DNA of 64,000 nt from an uncultured Clostridium sp. (GCA_948442365.1 CAOJRU010000006.1:3189-67188); one strand, 5' to 3'. Positions 13,613-24,596 are shown, counted from the stretch's first letter. A program made the numbers and translations. Notes: generated from the letters alone by a model not told the origin.

Positions 13613-13716
13613 TTTCTTTTATCCTTCTTTCTACCTAACAATCCCTCTCTCCTAATCATTGACTTTACACTATATTCATGCTAAACTACAAGTATATAAA
13701 TTAGGAGGTAATATTT

Positions 13717-14298
13717 ATGTATCATTTAGTTGTATTCGCTTCTGGCAATGGTTCTACCCTACAAGCTATTATTGACAGTATTCATTCCCATGAACTAGAA
13801 GCTAAAATTGATTTAGTCGTTTCCGATAATCCTAATGCATATGCTTTAGAAAGAGCAGAAACGAATCATATAGAAACTTACGTCATTCAAAATAAAAAAT
13901 TTGAACCAAGAGATTTAGAATTAGCAGGCATACTTTCTAAATACTCTATTGACTTAATTGTCCTTGCTGGTTATTTAAAGATGATTGGTCCAAACTTACT
14001 TGGAACCTATACTATTATCAATACCCATCCTTCTTTGCTACCTAAATTTGGCGGTAAAGGCATGCATGGCATGCACGTTCACGAAGCCGTCATAGCAGCA
14101 AAAGAAAAATATACCGGTGCTACCCTTCATTTTGTGAATGAAGAATATGATAAAGGTAATATCATTAGCCAAACCAAAGTAGAAATTTTACCTGGCGATA
14201 CCGCTGAAACCGTATCGCAAAAAGTACAAGCTGCTGAAAAAGTCCAACTAATTGAAGTATTAAAACGTTTTATACAGGAATTTAAAAACCTTCCTTAA
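13717..14298 (+). CDS. purN: Phosphoribosylglycinamide formyltransferase PurN
   Basis: 193 aa; VFASGNGSTLQAII...INTHPSLLPKFGG...HFVNEEYDKG. Confidence 0.9.
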   Translation: MYHLVVFASGNGSTLQAIIDSIHSHELEAKIDLVVSDNPNAYALERAETNHIETYVIQNKKFEPRDLELAGILSKYSIDLIVLAGYLKMIGPNLLGTYTIINTHPSLLPKFGGKGMHGMHVHEAVIAAKEKYTGATLHFVNEEYDKGNIISQTKVEILPGDTAETVSQKVQAAEKVQLIEVLKRFIQEFKNLP

Positions 14299-14365
14299 AA
14301 GTTCCAATAATTGCCGTCAATGGCTCCAGGTTTAAATGGTAACCATTGGCAACTTTAAGGAAGGT
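14288..14365. terminator. Long compound hairpin between convergent purN and purD (bidirectional terminator-like); shares words with the 39.4-kb palindromic element
   Basis: Outer arms are ACCTTCCTTAAAAGTT (14288-14303) and AACTTTAAGGAAGGT (14351-14365). Inner arms are TTGCC(GTC)AATGG and CCATTGGCAA. It contains TTGGCAACTTTAA (14346-14358), identical to 39569-39581. Confidence 0.55.
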
Positions 14366-14378
14366 CCCTCGCTCCCTT

Positions 14379-15677
14379 TTAATGTTCGTAAATTTCTCCA
14401 ATGTCTTTTCTGTAATCCAATTTTTTATCAATATTATTTTCCATAGCAGCATAGGCTTTTTGTTTTGCTTCTTCTAAAGTTGTACCATTGGTATGAATGG
14501 CAAACAATCTTGATGTTCCTACTGACATATACTTACCATTTTCAGCTGGTTTAGTACTTGCAAAATAAATTTTGGCTCCTTTTTCTAAAATAGCTTTTGT
14601 ATTTAATGTAAATTCACAAGGTTCTCCTTTTCTAATGGCATAATCTGGGCTTACAACATAAACTGTAAAGGTATAATTCTTTTTAAATTTACAGTTTTCT
14701 GTTGATAATTTTTGTTCCCATATATTTTCCATTACGTCGCTAAATGGCGTTTCTAATGAATTTAATACATTGATTGCTTCTGGGTCTCCAAATCTAGCAT
14801 TAAATTCAATGAACTTAATTCCTTGTTTGCATTTAAAAAATCCACCATAGATAACACCTGTAAATTCTAAACTATCTTTATTTACATATTGAATCGTATC
14901 TTGAATTAATTTACTACATATATCTACATCTTTTTGTTCTAAAAATGGTAATAATCCATTTTCAAAACTCAAGCATCCCATTCCACCTGTTCCAGGTCCT
15001 TTGTCTTCATCAAAACGATAGGGATAGTCAAAAGTAGTTGGTGTTACTACAATATTTTTTCCATCTGTTAATGCCATAACCGTGAATTCTCTACCTTCTA
15101 CTTTGTCTTGTACAATTACTTTTCCATCTGCTTCTAAGCAAAATTTTGCATATTCAAAACCTTCTTGTTTTCCTTTAAAATGAATTCCTCCTACTTTAAC
15201 TCCCTTTCCTCCTGTCAATCCTTCTGGTTTTACGACAAAGCTATCATCTTCATAGGTTTTCATAACTTCTTCTAGCTTTTCTAATGTGTCTATGCTTTCA
15301 TTTTTAATAATCATTTCTGGTGCTAGTTTTTGGACAATGTCTAAAGCATAGGTTTTACTCCATTCTACTTTTGCCCCTTGTGAAGTGGGTCCAAAGGTTT
15401 TTAACCCCAGCTCTCTTGCTAAATCAATCATTCCTTCTTGTAATAAATTATCTTGGCTAACGACACAAGCTTCAATGTTTTGTTCTTTCACAAATTTTTT
15501 GACTAAGTCTTTGTCAAATGAATCTCCTATGATATATTTTCCATTTGATTTTTCTACTTGCTCTACTACGGATGGATTAGCATATGGCAATATAGCATAC
15601 AATTCAAACCCTTTGGCTATTTGTTCTGCTAATACTGCTTCACGTCCTCCATTTCCTAATAATAAACACTTTTTCAT
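14379..15677 (-). CDS. purD: Phosphoribosylamine-glycine ligase PurD
   Basis: ATP-grasp protein, MKKCLLLGNGGREAVLAEQ.... The RBS AAGAGGAGAAG precedes the ATG at 15677. The 13-aa Lys/Arg extension in the ORF track (start 15716) is probably not translated. Confidence 0.85.
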   Translation of the reverse strand: MKKCLLLGNGGREAVLAEQIAKGFELYAILPYANPSVVEQVEKSNGKYIIGDSFDKDLVKKFVKEQNIEACVVSQDNLLQEGMIDLARELGLKTFGPTSQGAKVEWSKTYALDIVQKLAPEMIIKNESIDTLEKLEEVMKTYEDDSFVVKPEGLTGGKGVKVGGIHFKGKQEGFEYAKFCLEADGKVIVQDKVEGREFTVMALTDGKNIVVTPTTFDYPYRFDEDKGPGTGGMGCLSFENGLLPFLEQKDVDICSKLIQDTIQYVNKDSLEFTGVIYGGFFKCKQGIKFIEFNARFGDPEAINVLNSLETPFSDVMENIWEQKLSTENCKFKKNYTFTVYVVSPDYAIRKGEPCEFTLNTKAILEKGAKIYFASTKPAENGKYMSVGTSRLFAIHTNGTTLEEAKQKAYAAMENNIDKKLDYRKDIGEIYEH

Positions 15678-15721
15678 TTTTCTTCTCCTCTTCTTGGATT
15701 TAGAGATCTTCCCCATCCCGT

Positions 15722-17155
15722 TTAAACATTTACTTCTGCTTCTTTGTCAGTTACTAAGTCGCTATATTTCTCTAAAACAGGATTGACTCTTTCTTCTATA
15801 AAATCTTCTACTTGTTTTGGAGCTCTACCACATAGATGATCTGGGTTTAAAGCTTGCATGATTTCTTCTTTGGTCAATCCAAAGGTCTCATCTGCTGCGA
15901 TCCTATCCACTAAATCGTTTGGTTTTCCTAATTCTTTTACTTGTTTCCCTGCTTCCATAGAATAGATCCTAATTTTTTCGTGTAATTCTTGTCTATCGCC
16001 ACCTTTTAATACAGCATTCATTAAAATTTCTTCGGTTGCCATAAATGGTAGTTCTTGCATCATATTCGTTTTGATTACATTTTCATAGACCACGATATTT
16101 TTAGAAATGTTAGCATATAAAATTAAGATAGCATCTACTGCTAAAAAGCTTTCTGGTACACAAATTCTTTTATTGGCTGAATCATCTAGTGTTCTCTCTA
16201 ACCATTGGGTTGCTGCTGTAATAGTTGGATCGATTGTCAAAGTCATAACATGTCTTGCCAAAGAATTAATCCTTTCACTTCTCATTGGATTTCTTTTATA
16301 GGCCATTGCTGATGATCCAATTTGTCCTTTTTCAAAAGGTTCTTCTAATTCTTTTTCATGTTGTAATAATCTCATATCATTGGCAAATTTAGAACAACTT
16401 TGGGCTATTTGTGATAAAACACTTAGTACCCTACTATCCAATTTTCTAGTATAGGTTTGTCCCGATACTGAATATACTTTATCAAACCCCATCTTTTCTG
16501 CTATTTTACCATCAATTTGTCTTACTTTTTCCTCATCTTTAAATAGTTTCATGAAGCTTTCTTGAGTTCCTGTTGTTCCTTTACAACCTAGTAACTTCAT
16601 ATGACTTTGTACAAATTCTAATTCTTCTAAATCTTCTACTAAATCTTGCAACCACAAAGTAGCTCTTTTTCCTACTGTTGTTAATTGTGCTGGTTGAAAA
16701 TGTGTATATCCTAAACAAGTTACCTCTTTATTTTCTAAAGCAAATTTCTTTAGATTGTTAATAACAGCAATCAATTTTTGTTTAATTATTTGTAAGGCTT
16801 GTGCCATTAAAATAACATCTGTATTGTCTGTTACGTAACAAGAAGTGGCTCCTAAGTGAATGATTGGTTTTGCACTTGGACACTTTAGGCCAAATTCATA
16901 TACATGTGCCATGACATCATGTCTACACTCTTTTTCTCTTTTACTTACAATATCATAGTCTATGTTGCCAACGTTTTCTTTCATTTCTTTGATTTGCTCT
17001 TCTGTAATGTCAATTCCTAATTCTTTTTCTGTTTCTGCAAGTGCTATCCATAATTTCCTCCAAGTTGAATATTTACTGTCATTTGACCATAATTGATTCA
17101 TTTCTTGACTTGCATATCTTCCTGATAATGGTGTTACATATTTGTTGTTTTCCAT
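15722..17155 (-). CDS. purB: Adenylosuccinate lyase PurB
   Basis: 477 aa; SGRYAS...MNQLWS N-terminus and the fumarate-lyase signature GSSAMAYKRNP. Confidence 0.95.
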   Translation of the reverse strand: MENNKYVTPLSGRYASQEMNQLWSNDSKYSTWRKLWIALAETEKELGIDITEEQIKEMKENVGNIDYDIVSKREKECRHDVMAHVYEFGLKCPSAKPIIHLGATSCYVTDNTDVILMAQALQIIKQKLIAVINNLKKFALENKEVTCLGYTHFQPAQLTTVGKRATLWLQDLVEDLEELEFVQSHMKLLGCKGTTGTQESFMKLFKDEEKVRQIDGKIAEKMGFDKVYSVSGQTYTRKLDSRVLSVLSQIAQSCSKFANDMRLLQHEKELEEPFEKGQIGSSAMAYKRNPMRSERINSLARHVMTLTIDPTITAATQWLERTLDDSANKRICVPESFLAVDAILILYANISKNIVVYENVIKTNMMQELPFMATEEILMNAVLKGGDRQELHEKIRIYSMEAGKQVKELGKPNDLVDRIAADETFGLTKEEIMQALNPDHLCGRAPKQVEDFIEERVNPVLEKYSDLVTDKEAEVNV

Positions 17156-17180
17156 TTTTTACTTTTCCTCCATTTATTTT

Positions 17181-20100
17181 TTAAACTCTGTAATAATTAA
17201 CTCCTGCTTCAAACAACTTCTGATCCTTTCTACCTGGTACATTTTTTAAAATATCACGATAGGTTCTCTCAGAATGCCCCATCTTACCTAAAATTCTACC
17301 ATCTGGGCTAGTAATTCCTTCAATTGCGTCAATGGAACCATTTGGATTATAGGCAATATCATAGGTTGCATTTCCTTGTAAATCTACATATTGCGTTGCA
17401 ATTTGCCCATTGGCAATTAATTGTTTCTCTAACTCTTCTGATACCATAAATCTTCCTTCTCCATGAGAAATTGGAATCGTAAATTCTTCTCCCAATTCTA
17501 CTTCACTAAACCATGTAGACATCTTAGATACTACTTTGGTCTGTACCATTCTTGACATATGTCTTGCAATAGTATTAAAAGTTAATGTTGGTGCTGTAGC
17601 ATCCAATTCTTTAATCTCACCATAAGGTAATAACCCTAATTTCACTAATGCTTGGAAACCGTTACAAATTCCTAACATTAATCCATCTTGTTCCTGTAGA
17701 TGTTTATGAATTAAGTCTTTTAGCTTTGGATTTCTAAACACTGATGCTATAAATTTACCCGAACCATCTGGTTCATCACCACTGCTAAAGCCTCCTGGCA
17801 ACATGATAATCTGTGCCTTTTCAATTTCTTTGGCAAATAATTCAATGGATTCCCCAATATTTTCTGGTTTCAAGTTTTTAAATACCACCATATTGGCTAT
17901 CGCCCCTGCATCTTCAAAAGCTCTGGCCACATCATATTCACAGTTTGTTCCTGGAAATACTGGTACAAATACACGTGGTTTGGTAATTGGCATTTTACGA
18001 GTTATGGTACAAGTTTTATCACTCATAATGTTATTTGCTTTTTTATTTTCTGTTTTTACTCTGGTTGGAAAAACTTTCTCTAGTGGTTTTTCCCACATAG
18101 CAATTAAAGCATCTAATTCAAATGTTATTTCCTGATCCACTATAATTTTTTCTTCTGGTATAGTACTTCCTAACATTTGTGCCTTTTCTACTTGTACTCC
18201 TTCTTTTACTTCAATAACAAAAGAACCATAATAAGGATAGAACAAGTCCGGTACATTCTCTTCAAACTTAAATCCAATTTTATTTCCTATACTACTCTTT
18301 GTAATGACATCTGCTATTCCGCCATGTGTAATGGTACTAACGGATAATACTTTTCCTTCTTTTATTAAAGTATGAATTATTTCATAGTTTTCTTTTAAAT
18401 CTTCAAAATCCAAAATATCTTCTTGTCCCATTTTAGTTGGTAAGAACACTACTTTTGAATTAGTTTCTTTAAACTCATTAGAAACTACTTTGGTTGTATC
18501 GGTTTCACCAATACAGAAAGACACTAAAGTTGGTGGTACATCTAATTCATTATAAGAACCAGACATACTATCTTTTCCTCCAATAGCTGCTATTTTTAAT
18601 TCTTTTTGTACCAAATAAGCTCCTAATATCGCTGCTAATGGTTTTCCCCATCTAATTGGGTCATTTCTTAATTTTTCAAAGTACTCTTGTAGGGTTAAAT
18701 AAGCCTTCTTGTAATCTCCTCCGAGTGCTACATATTTTGAAACTGATTCAATAATCGCATAGACGGCTCCATGAAATGGACTCCAGCTTGCCAAATTTGG
18801 ATTAAAACCATAGGTCATAATGGTTCCACTATTCGTATAACCATTTAAAGTTGGAATTCTTGCTACCATTCCTTGTGCTGGTGTTAATTGATATTTTCCA
18901 CCAAATGGCATAATAACGGTGTTAGCTCCTATACTACTATCAAAACGTTCTACTAATCCCTTTTGTGAACAGCAATTTAAGTCTTGTATGGTTTGTTCCC
19001 ATTTTGTTTTAATATCTTCTACTTTCTCTGGTTTAAAATAAGATTTTTCTTCTTCTGGCTTGGTAATTTGAACCGTTGCATTTTTGACATCTCCGTTTGT
19101 ATCCAAAAATTCTCTTGCAATATCAACAATTAAATTTCCTCTCCAATACATTTTTACTCTTGGTTCTTCTACTACTTCTGCTACGATGGTTGCTTCTAAG
19201 TTTTCTTTTTCGGCAAAAGCTACTAATTGGTCAGCATTTTCTTTGGCTACCACCACTGCCATTCTTTCTTGTGATTCTGATATAGCTAATTCTGTTCCAT
19301 CTAGTCCTTCATATTTTTTTGGTACTTTATCTAAATTAATTACCAATCCATCTGCCAACTCTCCAATGGCAACCGAAACACCACCGGCTCCAAAGTCATT
19401 ACATCTTTTAATGATTTTGGTTACTTCTGGATTTCTAAATAATCTTTGTACTTTTCTTTCCTCTGGTGCATTTCCTTTTTGTACTTCTGCCCCACAAGCT
19501 GTTAGTGATTCACTGGTATGTGCTTTGGAAGAACCAGTTGCCCCGCCACAACCATCTCTACCAGTTTTTCCTCCTAATAAAATGACAATATCTCCTGGCA
19601 CTGGTCGCATACGTACTACATTTTCTTTTGGAGCTGCTCCCACTAATGCTCCTATTTCCATACGTTTTGCCACATAACCATCATGATAAATTTCTGCAAC
19701 TTGCCCAGTTGCCAATCCTATTTGATTTCCATAAGAGCTATAGCCTCTTGCTGCTTCATTGGTAAGTTTTCTTTGTGGTAATTTATTTGGTAAGGTTTCT
19801 TCTACGGTTTTTCTTGGGTCACCACAACCAGTAACACGCATTGCTTGATATACATAGACTCTTCCTGATAATGGGTCACGAATGGCTCCTCCTAAACAGG
19901 TAGCCGCTCCACCAAATGGCTCAATTTCTGTTGGGTGATTATGGGTCTCATTTTTAAACATAATCAAATATTCTTCTGGTTTTCCATCTACTAAAATATC
20001 AGCTTTGATACTACAAGCATTGATTTCTTCCGATTCATCTAGTTCTTTCATATAGCCTGCTTTTTTTAATTCCTTTGCTGCAATGGTCGCTACGTCCATT

Positions 20101-20909
20101 AGGCAGATATCTTTTGCTTTTCTATTTTCATATACCATATCTCTTGCTTTTAAATAGTCTTGATAAACTTTTTGTAATAAATCCCATTTAATTTCTAATA
20201 CTTCTAGCTTTGTTAAAAAGGTGGTATGTCTACAGTGATCTGACCAGTAAGTGTCTATCATTTTCATTTCGGTCATGGTTGGATCTCTTTTTTCTACTTC
20301 TTTAAAATAGTTTTGGCAGAATTGTAAATCTGCAAAGTCCATTGCAAATCCATATTTTTGATAGAATTTTTCAGAATCCTCTTTGGTCATCTTGGTAAAA
20401 CCTTCTACCACTGCTACATCTGCTGGAACTTCCATTTGTTGTTTTAGATTTTCTGGTTTTTCTAAAGAACATTCTCTTGAATCTACTTGATTTATCATAT
20501 ATTTTTTGATTTTGTCACATTCTTGTGGTTGTAACTTTCCTTGCAAAATATAGATTTTAGCTGCTCTTGCTGTTGGTCTATTCCCATCTAGCAAAATTTG
20601 CAAACATTCTTCTAGGGCATTTGCTCTTTGATCAAATTGTCCTGGTAAAAATTCAATTCCAAAAACATAATCTTGTTCTTTAAATGGATATTCTTCTACA
20701 AAACTTTCGTCTACTTGTGGCTCAGAAAAAATGGTGTTTTTGGCTTGTTCAAATGTTTCTTCTGTAATCCCTTCTACATCATAACGATTTAAAATAATTA
20801 CATTTTCTAATGTTTTAATTCTTAAATTTTCTTGGATATCGGCTAATAACTCTTTTGCCTCTACATCAAATCCTTCTTTCTTTTTCACATAAATTCTTCT
20901 TACTTTCAT
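17181..20909 (-). CDS. purL: Phosphoribosylformylglycinamidine synthase, single-chain large PurL (synthetase plus glutaminase)
   Basis: 1242 aa; ETHNHPTEIEPFGGAATCLGG, and a C-terminal GATase domain with LGICNGFQAL and HGEGRF. Confidence 0.95.
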   Translation of the reverse strand: MKVRRIYVKKKEGFDVEAKELLADIQENLRIKTLENVIILNRYDVEGITEETFEQAKNTIFSEPQVDESFVEEYPFKEQDYVFGIEFLPGQFDQRANALEECLQILLDGNRPTARAAKIYILQGKLQPQECDKIKKYMINQVDSRECSLEKPENLKQQMEVPADVAVVEGFTKMTKEDSEKFYQKYGFAMDFADLQFCQNYFKEVEKRDPTMTEMKMIDTYWSDHCRHTTFLTKLEVLEIKWDLLQKVYQDYLKARDMVYENRKAKDICLMDVATIAAKELKKAGYMKELDESEEINACSIKADILVDGKPEEYLIMFKNETHNHPTEIEPFGGAATCLGGAIRDPLSGRVYVYQAMRVTGCGDPRKTVEETLPNKLPQRKLTNEAARGYSSYGNQIGLATGQVAEIYHDGYVAKRMEIGALVGAAPKENVVRMRPVPGDIVILLGGKTGRDGCGGATGSSKAHTSESLTACGAEVQKGNAPEERKVQRLFRNPEVTKIIKRCNDFGAGGVSVAIGELADGLVINLDKVPKKYEGLDGTELAISESQERMAVVVAKENADQLVAFAEKENLEATIVAEVVEEPRVKMYWRGNLIVDIAREFLDTNGDVKNATVQITKPEEEKSYFKPEKVEDIKTKWEQTIQDLNCCSQKGLVERFDSSIGANTVIMPFGGKYQLTPAQGMVARIPTLNGYTNSGTIMTYGFNPNLASWSPFHGAVYAIIESVSKYVALGGDYKKAYLTLQEYFEKLRNDPIRWGKPLAAILGAYLVQKELKIAAIGGKDSMSGSYNELDVPPTLVSFCIGETDTTKVVSNEFKETNSKVVFLPTKMGQEDILDFEDLKENYEIIHTLIKEGKVLSVSTITHGGIADVITKSSIGNKIGFKFEENVPDLFYPYYGSFVIEVKEGVQVEKAQMLGSTIPEEKIIVDQEITFELDALIAMWEKPLEKVFPTRVKTENKKANNIMSDKTCTITRKMPITKPRVFVPVFPGTNCEYDVARAFEDAGAIANMVVFKNLKPENIGESIELFAKEIEKAQIIMLPGGFSSGDEPDGSGKFIASVFRNPKLKDLIHKHLQEQDGLMLGICNGFQALVKLGLLPYGEIKELDATAPTLTFNTIARHMSRMVQTKVVSKMSTWFSEVELGEEFTIPISHGEGRFMVSEELEKQLIANGQIATQYVDLQGNATYDIAYNPNGSIDAIEGITSPDGRILGKMGHSERTYRDILKNVPGRKDQKLFEAGVNYYRV

Positions 20910-20948
20910 AAAACAACCTTCCTTTTTTATATAAAAACAATAAGTGAT

Positions 20949-21995
20949 TTATATTATCTCTATTTCCTTTTTTCCTTTGATTACTTCACCGATTACATAC
21001 GCTTTTTCTCCTTGTGCTTCTAAAATCTCGGTTGCCTTTTGTGCTTCTTCTTTTTTAACAATTACTGCCATTCCAATTCCCATATTAAACGTATTGTACA
21101 TGTCTCTTTCTGGAATATTTCCTTCTCTTTGAATTAATTTAAAAATTGGTAAAATAGGATAAGAATCTTTTTGAATTTTTAAAGAAACATCCTCTTTTAA
21201 CATTCTTGGCATATTTTCATAAAATCCTCCACCTGTAATATGTGAGATTCCTTTTACTTGTACTTTTTCTAATAATGCTAAAATGGCTTTTACATAGATT
21301 TTAGTAGGTGTTAATAAGGCTTCTCCTAAGCTCATACCTAACTCTTCTCTATTTTCTTTAATATTTTCTTCGTTAATATCGAAAATTTTTCTAACTAAAG
21401 AAAATCCGTTAGAATGGACCCCTGAAGATGCAATTCCAATGACTTGATCCCCTACTTCAATTGTTTCACTATTAATCATTTTCTCCTTGTCTACCACGCC
21501 TACTGAGAATCCTGCTAAGTCATATTCGCCTTGTTTATAAAATCCAGGCATTTCTGCTGTTTCTCCTCCCACTAAGCTACATCCTGCCATTTTACATCCT
21601 TCTGCTACTCCTTTTACAATCGTTGCTACCACTTCTGGTATGTTTTTTCCAAGTGCCATATAATCTAAGAAAAACAGTGGTTTGGCTCCACAACATACAA
21701 TGTCATTAACACACATAGCTACACAATCTTGTCCAATGGTATCATGTTTGTCCATTAAAAAAGCCAACTTTAATTTAGTACCTACTCCATCTGTACCTGA
21801 AACTAAAATTGGTTCTTTTATTTTTTGTGTATTTAAAGCATACAGTCCCCCGAATCCTCCAAGGTCTGATATAACTCCTTCAGTATAAGTGCTTTTTACT
21901 GCTTCTTTCATTAGTTCCACTGATTGATATCCTGCTGTCACGTCTACTCCTGCTTGTTTGTAGCTCTCGCTAAAACTTTTTTCCATTTTTTCCAT
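20949..21995 (-). CDS. purM: Phosphoribosylformylglycinamidine cyclo-ligase PurM
   Basis: 348 aa; SYKQAGVDV...GGFGGLY...[10 protein letters not shown]...GGETAEMPG. Confidence 0.95.
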   Translation of the reverse strand: MEKMEKSFSESYKQAGVDVTAGYQSVELMKEAVKSTYTEGVISDLGGFGGLYALNTQKIKEPILVSGTDGVGTKLKLAFLMDKHDTIGQDCVAMCVNDIVCCGAKPLFFLDYMALGKNIPEVVATIVKGVAEGCKMAGCSLVGGETAEMPGFYKQGEYDLAGFSVGVVDKEKMINSETIEVGDQVIGIASSGVHSNGFSLVRKIFDINEENIKENREELGMSLGEALLTPTKIYVKAILALLEKVQVKGISHITGGGFYENMPRMLKEDVSLKIQKDSYPILPIFKLIQREGNIPERDMYNTFNMGIGMAVIVKKEEAQKATEILEAQGEKAYVIGEVIKGKKEIEII

Positions 21996-22553
21996 TCCTT
22001 TCTAAACATAAAGAATTTGAAAAACATTGCTTTAAATTTTTCAAATTTTTTCTCTTTTATCTTTACATTTCTATTATATAATATTTTTCTTTTTTATTCA
22101 ACATTTTTTTGTTTAAGTTTTTATTTTTTATCTTCTTTAATTAACAAAATAAATATAATTATGGAAAAAACACTCGAAATAAGTCTTTCCTATCGTCTTG
22201 CTTCTTACATTTAACTATTATCCCATAAAAAAACTGCCATTCATAATCTTTTTATAATTTTCTTATGAATTAACAATTAAATTTTTTCATTTTTTCGAAA
22301 CAGGAAAAACAATTCTAACTTATAGTTCCAATTTATACTTCCCTGTTTCTTATGCTATTTATGTATTTATTTCTTGTTTCTATTGCTACGAATTGTTTTA
22401 CTTTACTGGATAATTTTGTAAATTACTATTGACAAGTTTAACTTTTTAGATTATATTGTTAGTATGCTTGGAAAATTAAGGTAATTTGATATATTTTGTC
22501 GTACCTTGTTTCCCTATTTTTTTGGACTATATTAATAAGAAGGAGAAACTACT

Positions 22554-23268
22554 ATGTTAAACTTTGTAATTTGTGATGATAACCTTAATTTATTAGATCG
22601 ATTAGAGAAAATGTTAGAAACCCTATTCACAAAAAATAATCGTGATGCTTCTGTTGTCTTTCGTTCTGATAATGCAGATGATATTTTAAACTACATTGAT
22701 AACCATGTTGTTGATGTTCTAATGCTAGATATTAATTTAAAGTCTAGTAAAAGTGGTCTTGAATTGGCTGAGGAAATTAGAAAAAGGAAGAAAAATCCTT
22801 ATCTCATTTTTACAACTGGTCACTTAGAATATGCTATGGTTGCTTACAAATACAAAACTTTCGATTATCTTGCTAAACCTATTGTTTATGATCGATTGGA
22901 AGATACTCTTAATCGATTATTTGAAGATGCCAATGAAGTAAGTAAAAATTATATAAAAATTGATAACAAAAATACGCTTATTGATGAAGCTGAAGTTCAT
23001 TATATTAAAAGAGATGGTATGAAGTTAGTTTTTCATACTTCTTCTCGTGATTATGATACTTATAGTTCTTTTAATAAGTTTCAAGAGAAATTACCATCTT
23101 CTTATGTAAGATGTCATAAGTCTTATATTGCAAATTTGAATCAAATTAAAGATGTTGAACCTGTTTCCCGGTACCATTACTTTCTCAGATGGTCAGACTT
23201 GCGATATTGGACCTAAATATAAAAAAGATTTTATGGAGGTTATGAAAGACTATGGAAATTTTAAATAA
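22554..23268 (+). CDS. AgrA-like LytTR-family response regulator, interrupted by a +1 frameshift at in-frame CGG 23169-23171 (standard pipelines would call it a pseudogene)
   Basis: A receiver domain (FVICDD...DVLMLDINL...) followed by a LytTR domain (VRCHKSYIANLNQIKDVEPVS). The 0 frame stops at 23216. Skipping C23169 gives GTITFSDGQTCDIGPKYKKDFMEVMKDYGNFK*, the canonical LytTR C-terminus. The restored length is 237 aa. Confidence 0.85.
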
Positions 23269-24596
23269 TATTTGGACATTATTAACTACATCAAATGCTT
23301 TAAATGCACAACTAATTACTACGCCTTGTATTTTTGTAGAAGCTTATATTACTATATCTTTCTTTTTACTTATAATAAATCTTTCTGCCAGCAAAAAAAG
23401 CAAAATTTTATATGTTGTGATTCAATCCTTAATAGGTATTATTATTAACTTTTTTATACCTAGTCCTTTTTATGTATTTATAAATTATATATCCTTTTTT
23501 GTCCTTATTATTGTAATATATAGAACTACTATTTTTAAAGCTCTAATTTCTCTTGTCGTATCTGTAGCCATCTTTCGGAATCATTTCTTCTTTAGTGGCA
23601 AATGCATATATTATAATCTTTAACATTAGTGCTGACGAATTGAATAGTATTCCAATTCACAATATTGGATTTTTATTAAGTAATTATACCATTAACCTTA
23701 TTTTAATCTTTATACTAAAAAGAAGAAAAATAAAACTTAATCTATTCGAAGATATGGATAAAAAAAGCAAACGAATTATCTTTACTAATTTTATTTTTGG
23801 TATTTTCACTTTGTTTGTTCAAGTTTGTATTACCTTTTATTATATCGATAGATTGCCTTTCATTATTACCTTGTTAAGTTGTATTTCTTTAGCCGCTTAC
23901 TTTGGAATCAGTATCTATAGTATAACAAAAGCTACTAAATTAACCTTAACTACTAAAAAATTAGAAAGTGCGGAAGAATATAATAAAACTCTACATATTT
24001 TACATGATAATGTTCGCGGTTTTAAACATGATTTTGATAATATTGTTACAACAATTGGAGGCTATATTAGAACTCATGACATGAAAGGTTTAGAAAACTA
24101 TTATATACAACTTGAAGATGATTGCCAAAGAGTCAATAATTTGTATTTATTAAATCCGGAAATTGTTAATAATCCTGGTATTTACAATTTACTGACTAGC
24201 AAATATCATGAAGCAGAATCCAAAGACATTAAAGTTAATATGACTTTCTTATTAGATTTAAACACATTAAAAATGAAGATTTATAATTTTGCAAGAATAT
24301 TAGGTATCTTATTAGATAATGCCATTGAAGCTAGCGAACAATGCGAAGAAAAAATCATCAATATTACTTTTAGAGAAGATTCCAGAAATAATAGACAATT
24401 ATTTATTATTGAAAATACCTATCAAAATAAAGGAATTGATACAGAAAAGATTTTTGAAAAGGGTATTTCTGAAAAACAAAATCATACTGGATTAGGATTA
24501 TGGGAAATCCGTAAAATGATTAAAAAAAGCAAAAATGCTAATTTATTTACCTCAAAAACTGAAAAATTCTTCTCCCAGCAATTAGAACTTTATTAA
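23252..24596 (+). CDS. AgrC-like (HPK10) sensor histidine kinase, interrupted by a +1 frameshift at in-frame CGG 23576-23578
   Basis: Two ORF-track pieces (23252-23623 and 23595-24596). Skipping C23576 joins ...LVVSVAIF to GIISSLVANAYIIIFNISADE.... The H-box is RGFKHDFDNIV, the N-box LLDNAIEAS and the G-box TGLGLW. The restored length is about 447 aa. Confidence 0.85.

Noticed and set aside
19084-19677. ORF-track entries antisense to strongly conserved genes. Examples: 1316-1537, 2760-2996, 3107-3460, 4952-5334, 6343-6961, 7182-7409, 8563-9066, 15385-15786, 17803-18135, 19084-19677, 21682-21888, 29510-30442, 38549-39286, 41065-41922, 42826-43482, 45551-45832, 47682-48530 and 49494-49760.
   Set aside because: They are shadow ORFs on the opposite strand of genes with clear homology. 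They are Leu/Phe/Ser/Ile-rich and low in complexity, have no RBS and show no recognisable family.
21996-22553. Purine riboswitch or other leader upstream of purM (also checked at 10537-10740 upstream of purE)
   Set aside because: I looked for the conserved purine-riboswitch blocks (UAUAAU...GGAUAUGG...GUUUCUACC...CCGUAAAU) on the relevant strands and did not find them. Only a weak 7-bp hairpin is present (AAACAGG...CCTGTTT, about 22311-22360). This is not a definitive negative without a covariance search.
23166-23177. A GGTACC (KpnI) site exactly at the regulator frameshift, as a possible cloning scar or engineered insertion
   Set aside because: The other six frameshift sites have no restriction-site context, so the shared feature is CGG and not a linker.
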